A DNA stretch of 64,000 bases from Candidatus Bathyarchaeota archaeon (GTDB lineage: Archaea > Thermoproteota > Bathyarchaeia > Bathyarchaeales > Bathycorpusculaceae): contig CAWHVC010000003.1 of NCBI GenBank assembly GCA_963832745.1, forward strand, positions 192,001-256,000. The letters run 5' to 3'. A program made the translations under genes and the position numbers. Numbering within the stretch: the first letter of the stretch is position 1; the number at the start of each line of letters is the position of its first letter. A model generated the notes under the pieces. The model saw only the letters and a program-made list of their open reading frames with translations, ran no database searches and was not told where the DNA came from. Positions 10,301-19,600 of the stretch are shown in pieces.

Positions 10301-11585
10301 TTTTTGCCATGCGTTGACTTGTCAGCAAGTCTTGAAGTTGCTCTCGTTCCCTGACTAATACAGGTTTTCCCTGCTGAATCATGACTTCTGCTGCACGTGG
10401 ACGCGAATTGTACTGTGAACTCATGCTAAACCCGTAAGCTCCAGCGTTAAGAATCGCTAAAACGTCGCCTTCATTTACCAGCGGCAATTCACGGTCTTTA
10501 GCTAAGACGTCTCCAGACTCGCAGATTGGACCGACAACATCAAAAGTTTCAGTTTCCTCAGGCTGCAGCTTGTCAGCTACCAGTATCGGGTGATAGGAAC
10601 CGTACATTGCTGGGCGAATTAACGTGTTGAAGCCTGCGTCAACGCCGATAAAGTTGCGGTGAGGCGTAACTTTTATCGTGTTAACAGTGGTTAGCAGGAT
10701 GCTTGCGTCACAGACAAGGTATCTACCCGGTTCGATACATAGGAAAGGCTTGCCTAAATTGTACTCTTTTACTTTGGATTTAACCAGTGAAACCACTTTA
10801 GAAGCGAATTCAGATAAATCCAGATCCTTATCTTTTGGCTGATAAGGAACCCCAAGACCACCACCTAAATCAATAAACTCAAAATCTATACCCAACTCGT
10901 CATGAACCCGCTTAGCAATACTCAAAAACTTCTCCACCGCCTGAACAAACGGGTCAATCTTTAGTATACCTGAACCAATATGCATATGAATACCGAAACG
11001 TTCAACTCGCGCCTTCTTTGCAGTCGCATAAGCCTTTAGCGCTTCTTGTTCCCAAAGACCAAACTTTGTTTCTGGACCAGCGGTGATACAGTGGTTGTGG
11101 TGTCCTGCGCCTACTTCGGGGTTAACACGCACGGAAATCATTGGGGGAACTGCAATCTTGAGTAATCGGTCAAGTTCGCTTTGGCTATCAATATTTATAG
11201 TGATACCTGCTCCCGCGAGGAATTTGAGTTCGTCATTTCGGACGCTTGTTCCTGTGAATAGGATTCGGTCTGGGGTGAAGCCGCTGCTCAAACCCATATA
11301 GACTTCGCCGGGGCTAACGGTGTCAAGGTATGCGCCTTCAGATTGGAGAATCTTTAGAACAGTCAAGTTCGTGTTAGCCTTACATGCGTAGTATATGCGC
11401 AGGTCCTTGTAGTTGCGGACTAAAGCGTCATGTAACCTGTTATAGTTGTCCCGGATTCGCTTCTCACTTATCACGTAAAGTGGAGTATCATACTTTTGAG
11501 CTAAATCCTTAACTGAGAAACCGTCAAAATATAGGTTACCTTTACGGTCCTCTAAGGGTTCACGAAGTTTACGTTTTACCATCAA
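10293..11585 (-). CDS. lysA: Diaminopimelate decarboxylase
   Basis: YACKAN, HMHIGS, EPGRY, GPICESGD, GAYG. Confidence 0.96.
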   Translation of the reverse strand: MMVKRKLREPLEDRKGNLYFDGFSVKDLAQKYDTPLYVISEKRIRDNYNRLHDALVRNYKDLRIYYACKANTNLTVLKILQSEGAYLDTVSPGEVYMGLSSGFTPDRILFTGTSVRNDELKFLAGAGITINIDSQSELDRLLKIAVPPMISVRVNPEVGAGHHNHCITAGPETKFGLWEQEALKAYATAKKARVERFGIHMHIGSGILKIDPFVQAVEKFLSIAKRVHDELGIDFEFIDLGGGLGVPYQPKDKDLDLSEFASKVVSLVKSKVKEYNLGKPFLCIEPGRYLVCDASILLTTVNTIKVTPHRNFIGVDAGFNTLIRPAMYGSYHPILVADKLQPEETETFDVVGPICESGDVLAKDRELPLVNEGDVLAILNAGAYGFSMSSQYNSRPRAAEVMIQQGKPVLVREREQLQDLLTSQRMAKSE

Positions 11586-11623
11586 TTCACACCAGATTTC
11601 AAAGTTAGTATAAGAAGGGAGAT

Positions 11624-12682
11624 TTAAGCTAAGCCTTTAGAAACATACAGCTCAGCACTTAAAATACCGCCACCTGCAGCGCCACGGACAGTGTTGTGAC
11701 CCAAACACATGTACTTGAAAGTCATAATTGGATCCTTACGTATTCTACCGACTACGACACTCATACCACAGCCTGTGTCCCGGTCAAAACGCGGTTGAGG
11801 ACGATTCTTTTCATGCCGCACAACGATTGGATGAAGCGGTGCACTTGGCAACTTAAGCTTTTGAGGTTCACCTTGGAAACTGGCAAACGCTTCCTCAATT
11901 TCCTCAATACTTGGGTCTTGTTCAAGCTTAATAAAGACTGATTCTAAATGGCCATCCTTAACGTTAACACGGTTACAGCTTGCACTAAGCTGAAATTCAG
12001 CGTTCTGCACGTTAAACCCATTAAACTTACCTAAGATTTTAAGGGCTTCAGCTTCCATCTTTTCCTCTTCACCTGAAATGAAAGGAACCACATTATCAAG
12101 TATGTCTAATGAAGGAACACCCGGATAGCCTGCACCGCTAAGTGCCTGCATAGTGGATACCATGATTTGCTTTAAGCCAAACTGCATAAGCGGCTTAAGC
12201 GAGATTGCAAGTTGAATAGTACTGCAGTTAGGGTCAGTTGTAATAAAGCCCTTCCAGCCACGCAGTTTCTGTTGAACCTTAACCATTTCGATGTGATCAG
12301 GATTAATTTCTGGAATCAGAAGTGGAACGTCTTTGTCCATTCGGTGAGCGCTTGCTTTGCTAAACACTGGATAGAGCGCGCCGAACTCGTTTTCCACCGG
12401 CCCCGCTAAATCACCAGGCAGTGAAGTGAATACTAAGTCGAAGTCGCCTGTTTGCTCCGCTGACTTAACATCTATGTTGGCTACTGTCATCTCTGCGATT
12501 TCTTTTGGCATTTCTGTTTCCATAAGCCAAGTGCATGCGTCTTTGTATTTTTTGCCTGCTGACCGCTCTGACGCGGCGAGCACTGAAACCTCAAACCAGG
12601 GATGACCCTGCAAGAGCTGTATGTACCGTTGCCCAACGGCTCCGGTTGCGCCTAAAATGGCGACTTTACGCTTCATCGACAT
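11624..12682 (-). CDS. asd: Aspartate-semialdehyde dehydrogenase (archaeal type)
   Basis: GATGAVGQ, PNCST, SGAGYPG, GHNTVRGAAG. Confidence 0.96.
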   Translation of the reverse strand: MSMKRKVAILGATGAVGQRYIQLLQGHPWFEVSVLAASERSAGKKYKDACTWLMETEMPKEIAEMTVANIDVKSAEQTGDFDLVFTSLPGDLAGPVENEFGALYPVFSKASAHRMDKDVPLLIPEINPDHIEMVKVQQKLRGWKGFITTDPNCSTIQLAISLKPLMQFGLKQIMVSTMQALSGAGYPGVPSLDILDNVVPFISGEEEKMEAEALKILGKFNGFNVQNAEFQLSASCNRVNVKDGHLESVFIKLEQDPSIEEIEEAFASFQGEPQKLKLPSAPLHPIVVRHEKNRPQPRFDRDTGCGMSVVVGRIRKDPIMTFKYMCLGHNTVRGAAGGGILSAELYVSKGLA

Positions 12683-12755
12683 GACTTTATTCTTCCTCTG
12701 TGTATTCTTTGTGTATATTTTTCTTGATAAAAAAGTTAACGGGTAAAAAAGCAGG

Positions 12756-13550
12756 TTAAGTTAAACCTAAAACGTCAGCCATACTGTACAATTTAGGCAT
12801 GTCTTGCCTGCTTAACCATTGTGCTGCATAAACGGCGCCTTGCGCAAGTGCATCACGGGAAAACGCGGTATGCTCAATCCGAAGCATTTCGTGAGGTCCA
12901 GCAACGATTAAGTCATGAACCCCCGGGGTGCCGCCGGCACGCAACGAAGTGATTTCCATTTCATCAGGCTGCCTTGGACTCATACCTTCTCGACCTGTAA
13001 CTGTTTTTGAGTAACCACGCATATTTGAGATAATTTCTCCAAGCTTTACAGCGGTTCCACTTGGCGCATCCTTCTTGCCAGTGTGGTGAATCTCGTTTAT
13101 GCTAAAATCATAGCCTTCAGGGAAAGCATTGAGTGATTCAACAAGTTTGAAGAAAATATTTACACCTAAACTATAGTTGGGCGAGAATACAGCGGGAACC
13201 TTGCCATTCATTGCGTTAACGATTGTACGGTTTTGTTCTGGCGTGAAGCCGGTTGTGCCAAGGATTATACGTTTTCCTTGAGATGCAACTATGGGGATAT
13301 TGATTAGGTCGGCTGTGGGGGCTGTGAAACTAATGAAAACGTCAGCTTCGGCAAGTGCGCTGGTGATTTGGTCGGATCTTAAGATTATGGTGTCTTGTTC
13401 GGATATCCCCAAGTCTCGCAAAGTTTTACCTACAGCAGGGCTGCTTGGAGATTCAATAGCGCCAACTGTTAGGACATCTTTAGCTTTGGCTTCCCGAATA
13501 ATTGCCTGACCCATTCTGCCTGCTGCGCCTGCGACACAGAGCTTAAGCAT
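12756..13550 (-). CDS. dapB: 4-hydroxy-tetrahydrodipicolinate reductase
   Basis: GAAGRMG, GTTG, EIHHTGKKDAPSGTA. Confidence 0.96.
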   Translation of the reverse strand: MLKLCVAGAAGRMGQAIIREAKAKDVLTVGAIESPSSPAVGKTLRDLGISEQDTIILRSDQITSALAEADVFISFTAPTADLINIPIVASQGKRIILGTTGFTPEQNRTIVNAMNGKVPAVFSPNYSLGVNIFFKLVESLNAFPEGYDFSINEIHHTGKKDAPSGTAVKLGEIISNMRGYSKTVTGREGMSPRQPDEMEITSLRAGGTPGVHDLIVAGPHEMLRIEHTAFSRDALAQGAVYAAQWLSRQDMPKLYSMADVLGLT

Positions 13551-14580
13551 ACGTTAACCCCTCAAGATACTTTTCATTGTAAAGCCTATCATTTAGGTCT
13601 ACGCTGAAGAATTCAGCGATTGGCTCAAGCACCTGCGGGTTTGCTTCGTAAACTTTGCGGGCGTTTTCTAAGACGATTTCGATGCCGGCGCGGGTCATTT
13701 TGCCTAATGGTTGCCTACATGGCCCGGAAGGCATACCCAGAATGTTCATCAGCGTCTTGAAAGCAAGAGGATTTCTTGCTTTACATATCACAGGACCGTA
13801 GGGTGTTGGTTCTTGCGTCTTTACAGTGACAATGTTGAAGAGTGGCTGGAGTCCTTGCTGGATTACTGCTGCGGCTTCCTCGTTCCCATCAAGTACATAG
13901 TGCACCATGTCTGCCACTGCTCGGGGCGCAACATTGGATACTACAGATATTACTCCAGTTGCTCTTATGTCGGGGCTCACCATCATGGCATATGTTTTTT
14001 CATCGTCACCGCTGATAATTTCAAAGTCTTCTCCACAAAACTGCCGTGTTAACTCCATATTCTTGAGGTCACCTGTTGCTTCCTTTACGCAGCGCACGTT
14101 TGGGTACTGCTGATGCAGAATGGCGAGATCTTGCGGAAGAAGCTGGGTTCCGGTTCGTCCTGGGATAATGTAGGGGATTACTTGAATTTCTGGGAATTGT
14201 CTTGCGATGGGTTCAATGTATTCTCTGCGGATTTCCATTGAGCTTGGCCCGTTATAGTAAGGGTCTACGAGCAGGACTGCGTTTACGCCTGCTTTTTGGG
14301 CATGCTCAGTTCCTTCAATGGCTTCTTGTGTAGAGTTGCTTCCCGTGCCAGCGATTGTTAAGCATCGATTACCCGCGTGTTCTCTGGTTTTTTCAATTAC
14401 TTTGCTGTGTTCTTCCCAGTTTAGGGTGGGTGATTCGCCTGTTGTTCCCACAGCGAGTAAACCTTTTACGCCTTCTTGGATTTGGAAGTCTATTAGGCGG
14501 TGTAAACCTTCATAGTCTACTTGTTGATTTGCCTTCATTGGCGTGATTAATGCTGTTGTGCAGCCACTGAATGTGAACAT
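13543..14580 (-). CDS. dapA: 4-hydroxy-tetrahydrodipicolinate synthase
   Basis: GTTGESPTL, GTGSNST, PYYN, VKEATG. Confidence 0.93.
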   Translation of the reverse strand: MFTFSGCTTALITPMKANQQVDYEGLHRLIDFQIQEGVKGLLAVGTTGESPTLNWEEHSKVIEKTREHAGNRCLTIAGTGSNSTQEAIEGTEHAQKAGVNAVLLVDPYYNGPSSMEIRREYIEPIARQFPEIQVIPYIIPGRTGTQLLPQDLAILHQQYPNVRCVKEATGDLKNMELTRQFCGEDFEIISGDDEKTYAMMVSPDIRATGVISVVSNVAPRAVADMVHYVLDGNEEAAAVIQQGLQPLFNIVTVKTQEPTPYGPVICKARNPLAFKTLMNILGMPSGPCRQPLGKMTRAGIEIVLENARKVYEANPQVLEPIAEFFSVDLNDRLYNEKYLEGLTYA

Positions 14581-14717
14581 GGTTATTTTTCCTCTTTATG
14601 GATGCAACATTAAAGACACCTCAATATTTAAGGTTTACGAATAACACATATTTTTTACGTTATACGTATATTTTAATAATAAAAAAAGGATTTGCCCAAT
14701 CTTAATTACGGAAATCA

Positions 14718-15026
14718 TCAAACATTTGAAGAATCGAGATAATAAGCAGTAAAAACTCCGCCACAATCAGGATACAAACCCCGCAAATACGCCAACGCCG
14801 CATCCAAACTGCCAGCCAAAGGAATCACCTGCAAAAAGTTATCAGACCTAACAACCTCAGAAAGCCGACCCGATTCAACCCCGACAATCCTAAGCCTCAA
14901 AACTTTCGGGCCACACTGAAAAACCGCAAACTCACCATTCATCGGCGTTCCTTTACGGACATCAATAGTCTTGATGCCTTGTTTTAGCCATTGGAAGACT
15001 TCTGTTTTTGCATACAAAAGAGGCAT
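14718..15026 (-). CDS. ASCH/PUA-like domain protein
   Basis: 'F.WLKQGIKTIDVR' matches the ASCH GxKxxExR-type motif. Confidence 0.7.
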   Translation of the reverse strand: MPLLYAKTEVFQWLKQGIKTIDVRKGTPMNGEFAVFQCGPKVLRLRIVGVESGRLSEVVRSDNFLQVIPLAGSLDAALAYLRGLYPDCGGVFTAYYLDSSNV

Positions 15027-15148
15027 TTGACAACAGCCAACGGTTTTTTAAAAAAGCTCCAAATTGATAAACTTTAGGTTAAAAACGGGTTAAATTAAAA
15101 CAAAAAATAAGAAATGGATTGTTTTTGATGGGCATGAAACTTGCGGTT

Positions 15149-15346
15149 TTAGGCTTTGCCTTTTTCTTCTTTACCGTAGTATTCGGTCCATTTCAGTTTA
15201 CGGGCATCTCTGCCGAATTTCAAGCTGCTTTTCTTGCATTTGCTTGAATCAAACCATAAAATGGAACCGTCGTTTTTAACGTACATCATGCCTGTACCCG
15301 CTGGGAAATCGTTACCGCAGAATGAACATTTTCTTGCTTTTGGCAT
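15149..15346 (-). CDS. rpl24e: 50S ribosomal protein L24e
   Basis: CSFCG..PAGTGMMYVKNDG, SSKCKK, KLKWT. Confidence 0.96.
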   Translation of the reverse strand: MPKARKCSFCGNDFPAGTGMMYVKNDGSILWFDSSKCKKSSLKFGRDARKLKWTEYYGKEEKGKA

Positions 15347-15368
15347 GACCAATCATTCTCCATTTAGT

Positions 15369-15602
15369 TTATCGTGTAATTTTCTTTGCTTCACGTTCTG
15401 TTTCTCGGAGCATCAGGATATCTTGTACCCGAACTGGTCCTTTAACGTTGCGTGTAATGATTCTACCTTTATCTTTGCCTTCCATGATGCGCACTCTGAC
15501 CTGTGTGATTTCACCGGTGACGCCTGTGCGTCCGATGACCTGAATGACTTCGGCCGGAATTAATTGTTCCTGCGCTGCGGCGCGTTCTTCTTTAGCACTC
15601 AT
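15369..15602 (-). CDS. rps28e: 30S ribosomal protein S28e
   Basis: [24 protein letters not shown]. Confidence 0.97.
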   Translation of the reverse strand: MSAKEERAAAQEQLIPAEVIQVIGRTGVTGEITQVRVRIMEGKDKGRIITRNVKGPVRVQDILMLRETEREAKKITR

Positions 15603-15982
15603 TACTGAGTTCCTCGTTTAACCTGGTCAAGCCGTGTAATGATTTCTTTAATTAAGCCTGAAGCTTCTCCTTCTTTAATTATGCACGCTGATGCGCACGG
15701 AACGTCGATGCCGATTGCTTTTCCCAATGCTTCTTTTGTTGGAACGAAAACGTATGGAATCTTTCTTTCGTCACAAAGCAAAGGTAAGTGTGCAATAACT
15801 TCTGGAGGATCAACATCTTCTGCTATTACAACAAGTTTCGCTATGGACCGCTCAACTGCTTTTGTGGCTTCGTTTGTTCCTTTTCTAACTGAGCCAGATT
15901 TTGAAGCGATCGATAGGGCTTCATAGGCTGCATCTACGATTTCTTTTGGTACTTCAATTTTTACATAGAATGGTTTTGTCAT
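15602..15982 (-). CDS. rpl7ae: 50S ribosomal protein L7Ae
   Basis: [21 protein letters not shown]. Confidence 0.97.
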   Translation of the reverse strand: MTKPFYVKIEVPKEIVDAAYEALSIASKSGSVRKGTNEATKAVERSIAKLVVIAEDVDPPEVIAHLPLLCDERKIPYVFVPTKEALGKAIGIDVPCASACIIKEGEASGLIKEIITRLDQVKRGTQ

Positions 15983-16146
15983 TTTTTCTTAGCCTCACCC
16001 TTTTAAGGCAGAGTCATATCAACACTTCTCATTAAAGAAGCTTTCTGCTAATGATGCCCTGTATTTCACCATTGCACGAGCGGAAAATCGAAAGCTTTAA
16101 ATGCGCATTTACGTTGACCTTGATGTTTTTCGAGAGGGGAACGGGT

Positions 16147-16392
16147 TTGCAGAGATTGGGCAAAGTATTGAATGTTACGCCATCAAGCAGCCTCATAGTA
16201 AAGACAGAAAGTCCTCCAAAGCTTGGCTGTGAGGTTGTTGACGAAGGCTTGAATGTTGTGGGCAAAGTTTTTGACATTATAGGTCCAGTGTCATCTCCAT
16301 ATGCTGTGATTAAACCAAACGTAAAGAATTCTGCTGTACTACTGAATAAGCCATTATATTTGCTTCTCTCGAAAACGCGGAGCAAAAGATAA
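16147..16392 (+). CDS. gar1: H/ACA RNP component Gar1/Naf1
   Basis: RLGKVL..., [15 protein letters not shown]; TTG at 16147 after GAGGGG; directly upstream of tfb. Confidence 0.85.
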   Translation: MQRLGKVLNVTPSSSLIVKTESPPKLGCEVVDEGLNVVGKVFDIIGPVSSPYAVIKPNVKNSAVLLNKPLYLLLSKTRSKR

Positions 16393-17360
16393 TGTCAGTT
16401 AGAGATAGTAGTAAACTACATGAAGTTGACCCAGCAGCAAAAACTGAACCAGCCAAGGTACAAGCGTGCCCTGAATGCGGCAGCACAAGGATAATGCGTG
16501 ACTACGAATGCGCTGAAATCGTTTGCATGGATTGCGGTTTTGTTGTTCAACAAAAAATCGCAGACAGAGGACCAGAATGGAGAGCCTTTGATGATGAACA
16601 AAGATCAAAACGCACAAGGGTCGGTGCACCTTTAACCTACACAATTCATGATAAAGGATTATCTACGACCATTGATTGGCATGACAGGGATATCTATGGC
16701 AAAAGCTTATCGCCAGGCCAGAAAGCTCAAGTTTACCGATTACGCAAATGGCAAAGACGCATTAGAGTTTCAGATGCAACAGAACGTAACTTGGCTTTTG
16801 CGTTATCTGAAATCACCAAGATTTCCAACAATTTGAATCTACCCAAGAACATTTTGGAAACGGCCTCAGTTATTTACCGAAAAGCAGTCAAAGAACGCTT
16901 AATCCGTGGACGATCAATCCAGGGTGTAACGTCAGCGGCGCTTTACTTGGCATGCAGACAATGCGGTCTACCTAGAACTCTTGACGAGATTGCTCAGGCT
17001 TCAACGGTTAACAAAAAAGAAGTTGGAAGAAGCTACCGGTTCTTAATAAAAGAATTAAACTATTCCATACCGCCACTTAAACCAAGCCAATATATCACCA
17101 AATTTTCCAATCAACTTACGATGCAGGGAAAAGTTGAAGAAATCGCTCACAAAATCCTTTCCGCAGCTAAAGAGCTTAAACTCACTTCTGGGCGTGGACC
17201 AACCGGTATTGCAGCGGCTGCAAGTTATGTTGCGTCGGTTTTGACTGGCGAACGTAAGACGCAGAGGGAAATCGCTGAGATTGCGCAGGTTACTGAGGTT
17301 ACAATTAGGAACCGATACAAGGAGCTTGTTGAACGGTTAATGTTTGAAATAAGCATTTAA
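16392..17360 (+). CDS. tfb: Transcription initiation factor IIB
   Basis: CPECG Zn ribbon, GPEWRAF, two cyclin repeats, [12 protein letters not shown]. Confidence 0.98.
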   Translation: MSVRDSSKLHEVDPAAKTEPAKVQACPECGSTRIMRDYECAEIVCMDCGFVVQQKIADRGPEWRAFDDEQRSKRTRVGAPLTYTIHDKGLSTTIDWHDRDIYGKSLSPGQKAQVYRLRKWQRRIRVSDATERNLAFALSEITKISNNLNLPKNILETASVIYRKAVKERLIRGRSIQGVTSAALYLACRQCGLPRTLDEIAQASTVNKKEVGRSYRFLIKELNYSIPPLKPSQYITKFSNQLTMQGKVEEIAHKILSAAKELKLTSGRGPTGIAAAASYVASVLTGERKTQREIAEIAQVTEVTIRNRYKELVERLMFEISI

Positions 17361-17362
17361 AC

Positions 17363-17392
17363 GCCTTTTTCTTTTTTGTTTTTATCTTTTTG
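17363..17392 (+). terminator. Oligo-T tract, probable archaeal intrinsic terminator of gar1-tfb
   Basis: ccttttttcttttttgtttttatctttttg immediately after the stop. Confidence 0.55.
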
Positions 17393-17506
17393 CAGCAATT
17401 GAAATGTTGATTGTTTGTTTTTAGGCATTTTATGCAAAAATGTTAAAGCCGATAAAGTGTTCCAATTCTAAACAGTAGTCAGAATAGTTATTGCGGAGAA
17501 GGCGAA

Positions 17507-17935
17507 ATGGCAGTTAACTGTCCTAACTGTGGCACAAAACAAACAAACGCAGCAAGAACAGTCACAATATTACAAACTATACAAGACGGCGCTATACCAA
17601 CTGAAGTAGACGTTGACATATTTGAGTGCACAACATGCAAAGCATTATTCACACAAGACATAACCACCCAAATAGATAACCCAAAAAACGAGAAATCTTG
17701 GACAGGTTTAATGGAAAGGCTATCCAAAGTGCAGTTGGGACTAAAACAGAACTTGGCCAATTTGAGAGAGAATTTAATTGTGTTTGAAACCGAGTGTTCA
17801 GGGGTGCTTTTTGAGTTAGAAACAATCCGCAAGGGTTCTGAGTCAAAGGCGATTGGTCTTAAAGAAGACGTCAACAGACTGCGTGCGGAAATTCAGGACC
17901 TCAGAGACGCCTTGGGACTAAAAAAGGAAACCTGA
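17507..17935 (+). CDS. Hypothetical Zn-ribbon plus coiled-coil protein
   Basis: CPNC...CTTC followed by heptad-like helix; GGAG upstream. Confidence 0.7.
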   Translation: MAVNCPNCGTKQTNAARTVTILQTIQDGAIPTEVDVDIFECTTCKALFTQDITTQIDNPKNEKSWTGLMERLSKVQLGLKQNLANLRENLIVFETECSGVLFELETIRKGSESKAIGLKEDVNRLRAEIQDLRDALGLKKET

Positions 17936-18008
17936 TTAGCCGTTTGCTTTTTTAATAATGTAAAGGTAACAGGTATTTTTTTAAGCGTGGTTTTTCCATA
18001 TTTAGCAT

Positions 18009-18623
18009 ATGCCCTATAAATTTACTTTCGATTTATCAAATGTACCAAGGTTTTTCTTCACCGAACTTGCAACGGTGAGTTACCAGAAGGGCATGCATAC
18101 AGCCATACTAAATACGTCACTTGACATAATAAAAAAATTCAAAATTGAAGAAGCAACAGGATTAAACGTTAACGACGCCGTGATTTTGCTTCACGACTTA
18201 ATTGACATGCAGGCCGTTAACATGATTGAACGTAACAGGTTTTTAGAAAGCAAAAAAAGAGCACTTGTACTGCCTCATTGCTCCAGAAAATTCTTAGATG
18301 GCCGTTGCAAAGCAGTTTTTGACTCAAATATTCCATCTTATGTTTGTTCTCACTGTTCAGAAGACTGCATGATTAATCAAGCTGATAAGTTAGCTAAAGA
18401 GAAAGGCTATGATGTGTACATTCTAGCAGGCGGCTCCTGTATTCCAAAACTTTTGAAGAACAACAAGTATGAGGGAGTTGTAGGCGTTGCTTGTGGTGAA
18501 GAGTTAAAGATGCTTCAGCCGCTACTGAGTAACTTGAATATGGCGGGGCAAGCTATTCCGTTGATTAAGAATGGCTGTGCAAACACGGTTTTTAACATGG
18601 AAACACTGGCAAAAGTACTTTAA
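18009..18623 (+). CDS. DUF116 family Cys-rich protein
   Basis: LPHC, C..C...C.I, YILAGGS, GVACG.E, PLIKNGC. Confidence 0.85.
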   Translation: MPYKFTFDLSNVPRFFFTELATVSYQKGMHTAILNTSLDIIKKFKIEEATGLNVNDAVILLHDLIDMQAVNMIERNRFLESKKRALVLPHCSRKFLDGRCKAVFDSNIPSYVCSHCSEDCMINQADKLAKEKGYDVYILAGGSCIPKLLKNNKYEGVVGVACGEELKMLQPLLSNLNMAGQAIPLIKNGCANTVFNMETLAKVL

Positions 18624-18754
18624 GCCACCGGTTGCTAAACGCTCAGTTTCAAGCATGTTTGAATCTTACGCAAAAAGCCGCTAATTAGATTTATTTTAAA
18701 TATTAAAATTTAGTTTTGAATTTAGAAAATATAGCAAAATAAGTAAAGAAATTA

Positions 18755-18916
18755 TTACTTTACTAGTTCGCGTTTCTTCCAGCGCAGGTTCTTGCCTTTA
18801 CATTTGCGGCATTTTAGCGCTGTCTCTGCGTTTCGTGCACCGCAGTCGCGGCAGATTTTCATATACAACCTGTGCTTTTGAGCGATTGTTTTCTTAACTG
18901 GATCTAATATCGGCAT
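18755..18916 (-). CDS. rpl40e: 50S ribosomal protein L40e (below ORF-track cutoff)
   Basis: Hand translation MPILDPVKKTIAQKHRLYMKICRDCGARNAETALKCRKCKGKNLRWKKRELVK. Confidence 0.95.
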   Translation of the reverse strand: MPILDPVKKTIAQKHRLYMKICRDCGARNAETALKCRKCKGKNLRWKKRELVK

Positions 18917-18995
18917 CTTGATGTTATCCTTCTGCTTTTAAGCTACTTCTTTGATGGTTAACTGTCAAATATACCTTTTGTCTAAACTTGACAGT

Positions 18996-19472
18996 TTATT
19001 TGATTACCTCGATTGTCACATACGAGCGTGTGTCTTCTATACCGTCAATATTGTAGAGTTTTTTAAGAACATCATCAAGATTTTCACGTTCAACCATGAT
19101 TAAAGCGTCAACTTCGCCTGCAATACGGAAAGCCCTAGAAATTGCCATCTGATGAATTTGCTCATAAACATGGATACGTTTTATTGGCGAAATTTTTAGG
19201 AGAATAAAAGCAGGTGTAGATGATACTCCAAGAGCATCAAGACCTTTATCAGTTACATCGATAAAGCCTCTGCCGGTTCTGATGAAGCCGCGGGTTTTTA
19301 GTTTACGCAGGTGAACGTTTAAGGCTTGGCGGCTTATGCCTAGCTGGTTTGATAGTTCATCTTGTTTGACACGAAGAGTGTAGGTGCTGGTTGATCTTCC
19401 TTTCTCATACAACGTTTTTAGGAGTTGAATTGAACGTTTGGTTAATGGTTCCAAAGTCTTCCCTTTTATCAT
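18996..19472 (-). CDS. wHTH transcriptional regulator with AsnC/RAM-like C-terminal domain
   Basis: QDELSNQLGISRQALNVHLRKL HTH; RIAGEVD...IDGIEDTRSY. Confidence 0.85.
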   Translation of the reverse strand: MIKGKTLEPLTKRSIQLLKTLYEKGRSTSTYTLRVKQDELSNQLGISRQALNVHLRKLKTRGFIRTGRGFIDVTDKGLDALGVSSTPAFILLKISPIKRIHVYEQIHQMAISRAFRIAGEVDALIMVERENLDDVLKKLYNIDGIEDTRSYVTIEVIK

Positions 19473-19600
19473 CTTTGTTAACTTAAACCTTTACAATAGT
19501 AGCATTACTTACTTATGAACTTGACTACAGTACAAAAACAAGAAGGTTCCCCAAAAAAAAAGGCAAAACAAAAAAGCAAAAGAAAAGTAGAACAAAAAAT

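Noticed and set aside
19535-19600. Long A-rich tract
   Set aside because: Reads as oligo-T on the minus strand after aspS; ordinary terminator-like sequence
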